Positions 57,116 to 64,000 of a stretch of 64,000 bases of DNA are shown here, one piece after another (the first letter of the stretch is position 1; the number at the start of each line of letters is the position of its first letter). Source of the DNA: Flectonema sp. DT1601 (taxonomy: Eukaryota). Where the stretch lies: the NCBI GenBank assembly GCA_964019425.1, contig OZ025788.1:1-64000 (forward strand), read 5' to 3'. The notes under the pieces are model-generated. The model saw nothing but the letters and a program-made list of their open reading frames with translations. It did no database searches and was not told the DNA's origin. Position numbers and translations under genes: made by a program.

Positions 57116-60100
57116 CTAGGTTGGCAGCAGCCATTTATTTGAATCGAACCACACTGGATCGATCCGAGTAAATTTAGAAGACCTTATCTTCTCCAGGAAT
57201 GAGTTAAAATGTTGGTTTTTGTTTTTATCCGAATTCAAGAAACAGTATAACTCCAAGTCCCACAAATGGTCGTAGACTTTTTCGATTTCATTTGCGTTAT
57301 AAACTTCTGAGATCAGTTTTCTGACTTCCTCCTTACACTTCGAATCAAGTGTGGTAACAGTGGAATGAACGGACAAATATTTGACAAGACGTTGTCGAGG
57401 GACCGCTCGACGTAACGGGAAGCTGTCGTGTAGGCTCCTGAGGTCATTCAAGAGCGATATGAGAGCCAATTGGTTTTCAGTAGCAAAAAACTTGTGTAGA
57501 TGTTGACCCACATCCTCATCTTGATCATTAAATACCATCTGTGGGAAGTGAATTTGAACAAACATCTTAGTCTCCGGACATTTCGATAGTAAATGGTGAG
57601 TATCTGTATCTCTTTTATTACAGAAGAGACAGTTTGATAATCCCTTTCTTGGTTGCTTCACAAGCGGATGGTGTCCAGTCCTGAGGCGGGCGATTTGCAT
57701 TTCTCCCTCACGGTTAAGATCCGGGTGGAAGCGTTGAGCACCTCTGCCCATTGTCGATAAAGAGTGCACATGTGATGTACTGCGCTGCTCGTACCAGTTT
57801 CTTCGGATTTTATTATTCACTGAACATTGGGTCATCCTGTAGTCAAACTTGACCACTGTTAAGGGAATAGCAGAAGCCGCTGCTTTGTTGGCGAGAGAAT
57901 CGGCCATTTCATTTCCGATGATCCCACAGTGTGAGGGGACAAATTGTAGGGTGATCGGACGCTGGAGCAGCGATATTCTCCTAAATAATTCGGCATTAGT
58001 CGCTGAATGTTGCTTCAGATGTCCACGCTCAAGACTTCGAAGTGCTGACTGACTATCCGTGATTATATTAATCCTCCCACTTGGCAGGCAAGACGAATAC
58101 TTTTCAATCAAATTCACTGCTGATAACAGAGCCTGTTGCTCGGCATTATAAATCATCAGAGATGGGTCGTAACGATGTATTTCTTTGATGCATCTCTTTC
58201 CAAAGATTAAAACTGCTGCATTACCACAATGGTAGTTACTTTCTTTATCTTGGAAGTAGGATGCATCTGTATACAGCGAGGCCACTGACTTTGGGAGGGT
58301 CTTAATTTTTCCAAGTGCAGCTAACAAATTCTTGCATGGGTCCATGGACTTACGGAAATCTGCCCAGGAATTGATAATAACATCCGGGGGTGGTCCCCAA
58401 GGAGTCTGGTGATGCGGTAGGCAGAGCATTGATCTTTCATTAGGGGTCACATAAGTCTTGGCATGGGGTTCTGCGTAGAGTTTCCACGAGCTAGACTTTT
58501 CAGGGTGAACCAACGACCGAGTCGGGCAATCGTCTGGGAGCCTCAGGAAACGTTCGTAGGATAAAGCCACGACTTTAGCCACGTGTAGTTTGAACGGGGG
58601 AATACTAGATTCTACCGATAATGCAGTTGAGGAGGTCGATTTGGAGCATCCCGTCAGTCTTAGTTGAAGTGAACGAAGTGTATTCTCAATAAGTTTCAAA
58701 GAATTCTGCTTGATATAGGGTGCATAAGAAGCTAGTCCGTAATAGGCCCTAGAGAGGATCAGCCCATAGATTGTTTGTCGGAGAACTTCCGTTTTGATTT
58801 TAAAAGATGAAACTATCGAAATCAAGCCGATTCCCCGCTTTAGGGTATTTGATAGGTGAGCTAACTGCGATGTAAAAGATAAATCATCGTCGATAATTAT
58901 GCCTAGATACCGCGACTGCGACACACGCCTTAGAGGGATTGCAGCCTTTAGAACGAAAGAACCCTTTGGCGTCCTTTGTGAAAGTTGAGAGCGGGTCTCA
59001 AGGTAGTTACCATTAATTGCAAGTGGGTATACCGGTCCTGTTTTGAAATTGAGCAGAGCTGCGGCACCATCATCCTGATGTATCCTGATGAAGTCGGCAG
59101 AGCCACGGGGAAGGTCGATATCGTCCACCGTAGAGGGAAAATAAAGTCTTGGAAGTCTACAAATACTTCTGTCTGAGAAACGTCCTCCGAATGCCAAAAA
59201 TTCAGTCTTGTTCAGAGAGAGGGACATTGCTGAATCAGCGAGCCAGTTCTCCACTTGTCCTATGGCATTGTTCGCCTTGGATTCCAAATCACTAACCGAA
59301 GAGCCACTAACAAACACTGTCAAGTCATCCGCGTATAACAGCTTTAAATCGGCTGTGATGGCATCCGGTAGGGAGTTCACGTACACACGGAATAAGAGCG
59401 GTCCTAGAATACTGCCTTGTGGGACCCCCTTTTTGCAAGAAATCGGGCCTGTACGGTTATGGCCGTGGAGAAGATGCGCTACTCGGTCCGAGAGGAAATT
59501 ACCAATCCACCTTACATAAGGGACTGGGATGAGTGTTGTAAGCCTACTCATTAGAATATGGTGATCCACATTATCAAACGCACCCGAGATATCGAAGAAA
59601 ATCATCGTTGCACATTTCTCATAATTGTTTTTAACTTCAGCTGCAGCTTCGATCATAACGGCTATATTTTCCTCCGCTGACCTACCAGGAACAAACCCAG
59701 ATTGTTTAGGGTCTAGTTTAGAAATCAGCAGATGTTCTAATCTAAAATGGACAAGGGATTCAATGAATTTAGCAACTACTGAGGTCAATGAGATAGGACG
59801 ATAGGAGGCGGCATCAGTCGGGTCCTTTTTGCTACCTTTTAGAATAGGGAGAACATGTGCTACTTTCAAACATTTCGGGAAGGTTCCTCTCTGGAAAGAC
59901 CAGTTTGCAATACGTAGGAGAACTTCCTTAGCCATATCTCCAAAATGATAAATCATGTTGTTACTTATAGAATCCGGACCGGAGCCGTCAGACTTTTTCA
60001 AAGAATTAAAAACTGCTTGGGCCTCTGCCATTGTAAAAGGAGAGCAACTGGGTTCTGAAAAATCCACCTTTGAAGTATGCGGAATAAGCAAGGGACGATT

Positions 60101-61240
60101 GTCAGAAGAATCAGGGAAAAAGCGACGTTTGAGCGCTCCGACGTTCACCTGCGGGGTCTCAATAACCGTTGACTCTCCTTTCAGTTCTCGTAATTTCTTA
60201 TAAGTCCAGCTAAAGCCCTTCTTACAACCGTCGATTAGAATAAGTTCAGGGTCCAAATGGCGATGTTTGCGTTTAACCCGGAAAGATTCTTTGTGCCACT
60301 TATTTGGAAGAGTATCAATCGCAACAGATTCTATTGTTCGAACAAAACTGTCACAGAGTTTATTTAAAGATCGTATCCTTTTAAGTCTAAAACAATGGGA
60401 GTCAAGTTGTGCGGAGAAGGAGGACCAATGAGATTCCGTAAAACTGTTTTTGAACCATATACGATGAGCCGGAATAGCTACCGGTACAGTGAGGGGAGTC
60501 ACATTAAAATCTGCAACAATTGGGGTATGATCGGAATTAACTTGCCCAGCATCAATCTGCAGCGAACGCAGACACTTGAACTGCGGCGAGTGCAATAATA
60601 AATCGGGCGTTGTACCATGAGCAGGAATAGAAGGAGCCAGAGGTTCAATAGCTAATCCATTATTTATAATCCATTCATTTACTATCCTTCCTGAAGAGAC
60701 GCACCCCTTAGGAATTCGACGCGACCAAGATTCATGATGTGCATTGAAATCACCTACTGCTAGATCCCCCAAAAACATAGAAGAGGGCAGCTGGCACACC
60801 TTCGGTGGGATGTAAATATTAAAAGTTCTAAATATGCCCATGGAAGTCGAGAAACTGCAATGGATAACCTCAACAGCGGATGGATGCTTACCTACTTCTA
60901 ATTGGACCGTACCAAGAGACTTTTTGAAATAAGAAAGAAGTCCACCGCCTCCCATTTTAGAAGAGTCGCACCTATCACGGCGGAATAATGAATATCCTGT
61001 AATACCAAGTTGATCATCGGTTACGTCTGCTTTCAACCAAGTTTCCTGGAGGTGGATAATATCAGGGTCGTGAGCTTCGATAATAGCATCGAGATGTGAA
61101 CGCGATGTTTTATAAGCTCTCATATTCCATGAGAGTACCCTAAGAGGCCCAGGATTAGGGTGGATCCCTGAGCGTAAGAGGTTAATACGGGCTGTTACTG
61201 TTTCATGAAATATGTTGTCAGGAATGGGAGCGATTGATTG
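57116..61240 (-). CDS. LINE ORF2: 2A-like peptide, AP endonuclease, RT, RNase H, CCHC finger (frame opens right after the ORF1 stop; first ATG at 61123)
   Basis: LSWN, LQETWL, GDFNAH, SDH (APE); YRPISL, QSGF, AFD, GVPQGSILGP, YADD, YLG (RT); YTDAS, AE, TDSQS, VPSHCGIIGNEMAD (RNase H); CLFC..H....C. Confidence 0.95.
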   Translation of the reverse strand, partial: QSIAPIPDNIFHETVTARINLLRSGIHPNPGPLRVLSWNMRAYKTSRSHLDAIIEAHDPDIIHLQETWLKADVTDDQLGITGYSLFRRDRCDSSKMGGGGLLSYFKKSLGTVQLEVGKHPSAVEVIHCSFSTSMGIFRTFNIYIPPKVCQLPSSMFLGDLAVGDFNAHHESWSRRIPKGCVSSGRIVNEWIINNGLAIEPLAPSIPAHGTTPDLLLHSPQFKCLRSLQIDAGQVNSDHTPIVADFNVTPLTVPVAIPAHRIWFKNSFTESHWSSFSAQLDSHCFRLKRIRSLNKLCDSFVRTIESVAIDTLPNKWHKESFRVKRKHRHLDPELILIDGCKKGFSWTYKKLRELKGESTVIETPQVNVGALKRRFFPDSSDNRPLLIPHTSKVDFSEPSCSPFTMAEAQAVFNSLKKSDGSGPDSISNNMIYHFGDMAKEVLLRIANWSFQRGTFPKCLKVAHVLPILKGSKKDPTDAASYRPISLTSVVAKFIESLVHFRLEHLLISKLDPKQSGFVPGRSAEENIAVMIEAAAEVKNNYEKCATMIFFDISGAFDNVDHHILMSRLTTLIPVPYVRWIGNFLSDRVAHLLHGHNRTGPISCKKGVPQGSILGPLLFRVYVNSLPDAITADLKLLYADDLTVFVSGSSVSDLESKANNAIGQVENWLADSAMSLSLNKTEFLAFGGRFSDRSICRLPRLYFPSTVDDIDLPRGSADFIRIHQDDGAAALLNFKTGPVYPLAINGNYLETRSQLSQRTPKGSFVLKAAIPLRRVSQSRYLGIIIDDDLSFTSQLAHLSNTLKRGIGLISIVSSFKIKTEVLRQTIYGLILSRAYYGLASYAPYIKQNSLKLIENTLRSLQLRLTGCSKSTSSTALSVESSIPPFKLHVAKVVALSYERFLRLPDDCPTRSLVHPEKSSSWKLYAEPHAKTYVTPNERSMLCLPHHQTPWGPPPDVIINSWADFRKSMDPCKNLLAALGKIKTLPKSVASLYTDASYFQDKESNYHCGNAAVLIFGKRCIKEIHRYDPSLMIYNAEQQALLSAVNLIEKYSSCLPSGRINIITDSQSALRSLERGHLKQHSATNAELFRRISLLQRPITLQFVPSHCGIIGNEMADSLANKAAASAIPLTVVKFDYRMTQCSVNNKIRRNWYEQRSTSHVHSLSTMGRGAQRFHPDLNREGEMQIARLRTGHHPLVKQPRKGLSNCLFCNKRDTDTHHLLSKCPETKMFVQIHFPQMVFNDQDEDVGQHLHKFFATENQLALISLLNDLRSLHDSFPLRRAVPRQRLVKYLSVHSTVTTLDSKCKEEVRKLISEVYNANEIEKVYDHLWDLELYCFLNSDKNKNQHFNSFLEKIRSSKFTRIDPVWFDSNKWLLPT

Positions 61241-62950
61241 CTACTGGGCTGACTGGTTGTGCTTCAGTTGAGCCGCCATATCAGCGTGAGAGTTGGCCCG
61301 AGGGCGCTGGTCGGTGGAATCTCTACCGCTGCGGCGTTCGCGATCTTTGTTGGATTTACCCAGTTTATCTCTAAGTTTCTGATTTGCTTCTTTCTCCGCG
61401 GCCAGTTCCCTTCGTAATCCATCTATGGTAAGGTTGAGCGTCTGCAGTTGCTGCATGATCTCAGCATTGGAAGGCTCAGAGGGCTGACTAGGGAGTTGTA
61501 AAGGGGTTCCAATCGGCGTGTCAATAGGTGTTTTGTAACACTGGCTGTTATTATCCATTGCCACATCCCCATCCGACTTTCCCAAGGCCGGGAAATCTTT
61601 CTGCGTTGGAAGTGTTGAAGACACCGCATTCACTGTGATGAAGAAGTCATCAGCCCACAGGACCGAGCTGGGAGGCGACGTCCGTGCCACTACTATACAA
61701 TGACTAGACCTCATGTTCGTCTTCGAATTTTTCCTGCTGAAGTGGGTACAGGTCGAAATTTCCCAACCATGGCTATTACAGATTTGCCATAGTTGGCTCC
61801 GAGAAAGGCGGCCCACATGATCACCAGAGATTCTGTATTTATCTCCTACCGGTGGAGCAGGACATGCAAGCTCTCCAAGCGATGAACGTGTTTGGTCAGT
61901 CATTGATGCCGAACAGATTATTCCTAGTTTGTTTGTACCACGTAAGAAAGTCACCGGAGAGTTGAGGGACTTCCCGATGTTTTTCGCCTGCTGAAGATCG
62001 TTTGTCTGTAGCATGATGATGCTTAATTTTGCATCTATACTGTCCTGGGTAAATTTCGGCAATGTGACAAAATACCCGTCTGGGCCGTTGACTGTGACCT
62101 CCAACGACAGCTTGTGAACGCGCGTACACGGAATTCGCATGTTCACCGTTCTAATTTTATTAGAGGTTTCCCTCTGTTTTGATGGCCACACCAGGTGACT
62201 GTCGATCTCTTCGCCGAACGCACTGAGGTATGCTGCTCGTGCGCGTGTCATCAGAAAGTCCGGAGTGACTTCCACCTTCTCAGCAAAATAAGATTTATGC
62301 GCGTGAAATAACACTACGCAATTTTTAACGTTTCTCTCAGACTTCTGTTGGGTTCTGAGAGGGGCTTTCGTGCTGCCGTAGGACGAGATCCAACCAGTAC
62401 GCGACGACGTTTTTCCGTTGATGATTATTGGAAAAGTCAGCCGAGTGCTACCTTCCAACTGTTTGTGAGTGATGACTGAAAAGTCACCTTGTTTGCGAGA
62501 CGCCAGGACTGCGTCTGCTGGGTTACAAATAAAAATACCAGAGGTATTGCTAATACTTGAGAAGGCTGTCGTAGCAGTGACAACCGGTAAAACCCAGTCT
62601 TCTGGTCGTAAAGTGATGTTCTGCCATGAAGGTGGCAGAGTTTTTAACGGAGGTGTCTTAATCAGCGGGGTCTTAATCTGCTGGGTCGACTTCGTATCAG
62701 GCTTCTTCGCCATATTCAGTAAGGCGCCATAGTATCCGTCCTTCTTACCCGGAGCAATGGCTGTTCTCTTCGCTGAGCTTTCTATTTTTTGCGGACCTCT
62801 AACTTTTTGCCACTTGGCTTCTGTTTTTTCCGCCTCTCCCTTCTTCTTCTTCGTTCTCTTCTTCTCAACACTCAGTTCCTCACTCAGGAATTTCCTGAAG
62901 AGGGACAACAATCGGGCCTCATCAAGAGACCCGACCGGCTGTACTTTCAT
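61241..62950 (-). CDS. LINE ORF1 (gag-like) protein with a C-terminal coiled coil
   Basis: Long ORF directly upstream of and in frame with ORF2; first ATG at 62950. Confidence 0.8.
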   Translation of the reverse strand: MKVQPVGSLDEARLLSLFRKFLSEELSVEKKRTKKKKGEAEKTEAKWQKVRGPQKIESSAKRTAIAPGKKDGYYGALLNMAKKPDTKSTQQIKTPLIKTPPLKTLPPSWQNITLRPEDWVLPVVTATTAFSSISNTSGIFICNPADAVLASRKQGDFSVITHKQLEGSTRLTFPIIINGKTSSRTGWISSYGSTKAPLRTQQKSERNVKNCVVLFHAHKSYFAEKVEVTPDFLMTRARAAYLSAFGEEIDSHLVWPSKQRETSNKIRTVNMRIPCTRVHKLSLEVTVNGPDGYFVTLPKFTQDSIDAKLSIIMLQTNDLQQAKNIGKSLNSPVTFLRGTNKLGIICSASMTDQTRSSLGELACPAPPVGDKYRISGDHVGRLSRSQLWQICNSHGWEISTCTHFSRKNSKTNMRSSHCIVVARTSPPSSVLWADDFFITVNAVSSTLPTQKDFPALGKSDGDVAMDNNSQCYKTPIDTPIGTPLQLPSQPSEPSNAEIMQQLQTLNLTIDGLRRELAAEKEANQKLRDKLGKSNKDRERRSGRDSTDQRPRANSHADMAAQLKHNQSAQ

Positions 62951-63805
62951 TTTAGGGGTTGTGTTGGGAAATCTACTGAGCTCCAAAAGTAAAAGAGGGG
63001 TGAAAAGGAAATTTAAATTGCTACTGGTTTTTAATCAATAGTTTTTTTTTTTTTTTTTTTTGACATGAGCTCGCCAGTCAAGCATTAAAGAGAAAGCACT
63101 CCTCTATAAGGGGTCCGGGTTCTCGTTTGTGTACTGCGAAGAGCAAGGCAAGACTTTAGAGAAAACAAAAATCAGAATGAAAAATAAACCAAAAAAAAGT
63201 TCGCAGAAAGGCCGTAGGCCTTTTCCCTTTCTAAGGTTTTTTTTTTTTTTTCCCCCCATTCCTTAGAATGGTTTGCTCATTAAGTGGAGAGAAAATGGAA
63301 GAAAAGTCTTCAATGGAGCGCAAAAGGAATAAGTAATAAAAAAATAGCCAGCATTTGATAAAGAGATTTTCTTATATTTAGAGTAGTTTTGTTATAAGAC
63401 AGCGCACTTAATCAAAATATTAAAAAAAAAAAAAAAAGTCATAAATACACATTATTTTCTTTATTTATGTCATTATTAATTATTATCGCGTCAATCAAAT
63501 TATGTTAGTCAGTTAGCAAAATACAGAACTGATGACTATGAGGGGTTTGGGTAGCCCGCATCAGTAAGGACCCAATCGCGCAAAGATCGTAGTTTTATAG
63601 CTTAAAAATGCCACTGTTGTCAAACAGCTTTTTTTTTTTCCCGTGAAAAGATAAAAAGAATTATCTGAATCTTCGCAGTGCACTGTTTTTTCTGTTACTA
63701 AGAAAATACAGACGACAACAACAAAAAAAAAAAAAAAAAAAAATGACAAATGACAAATCACCAACTCTCACACCATAGATGTGAGAGTTGTAGTTGGTTA
63801 GATTG

Positions 63806-63837
<32 letters not shown>

Positions 63838-64000
63838 TCGTATTCACTCTTTTTAGCTGCACACAACAAACAAGAAGAATGAAAAAAAGACAAAAACATG
63901 AAGAAGCCATAGACGGGAGAGTCTTATAAGATCTGCCATACTGCGATAATCACACAACAGGGGAGATGAACATAAATGCATTTTTTTCGCATCACTAAAA

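Larger units (their letters stand above)
56761..63000 (-). mobile_element. Apparently intact non-LTR retrotransposon (APE-RT-RNase H; ingi/I-group-like) with a (TAAC)5 3' tail; 5' boundary approximate
   Basis: Two long ORFs, a 3' UTR and a (GTTA)5 tail at 56761-56780. No TSD was identified. Confidence 0.92.

Noticed and set aside
63017..63027. 11-nt match (CCAGTAGCAAT, minus strand) to the ORF1 stop context, upstream of ORF1
   Set aside because: The TAG is out of frame with ORF1, and the match is short enough to be chance.
56700..63300. Target-site duplication for the LINE
   Set aside because: No convincing duplicated flank was found, so the 5' boundary remains undefined.

Overview
Eukaryotic genomic DNA, by inference from a euglenozoan and possibly a diplonemid. 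The basis is a unidirectional minus-strand gene cluster, short GT-AG introns, TATE-like and ingi/I-like retroelements, and an MGNC dual-acylation N-terminus; taxonomy is not provable from this window. Bases 1-13765 are a near-perfect (GGGTTTGC)n array of about 1,720 units. Three tyrosine-recombinase (DIRS-order, TATE-like) retrotransposon copies follow (13766-21810). All five of their boundaries between 13765 and 20391 abut GGGTTTGC arrays; copy 2 has split direct repeats and an att-like inverted repeat. From 25 to 50 kb are minus-strand host genes: an ankyrin protein, an EXS-family transporter, a MAPK-like pseudokinase, a spliced GH27 alpha-galactosidase, MED6, two paralogous surface proteins, a 4-exon ~3100-aa EGF/multi-TM protein and a TTC13/SRFR1-like TPR protein. 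A plus-strand tRNA-Pro(UGG) lies among them. After ~7 kb of AT-rich non-coding DNA there is an apparently intact non-LTR retrotransposon (56761-~63000). Its ORF1 and ORF2 are in frame, separated by one UAG in a CAR-YYA readthrough context and followed by a 2A-like NPGP peptide. The top candidates for new biology are the satellite-targeting YR-retrotransposon system and the readthrough-plus-2A double recoding in the LINE.
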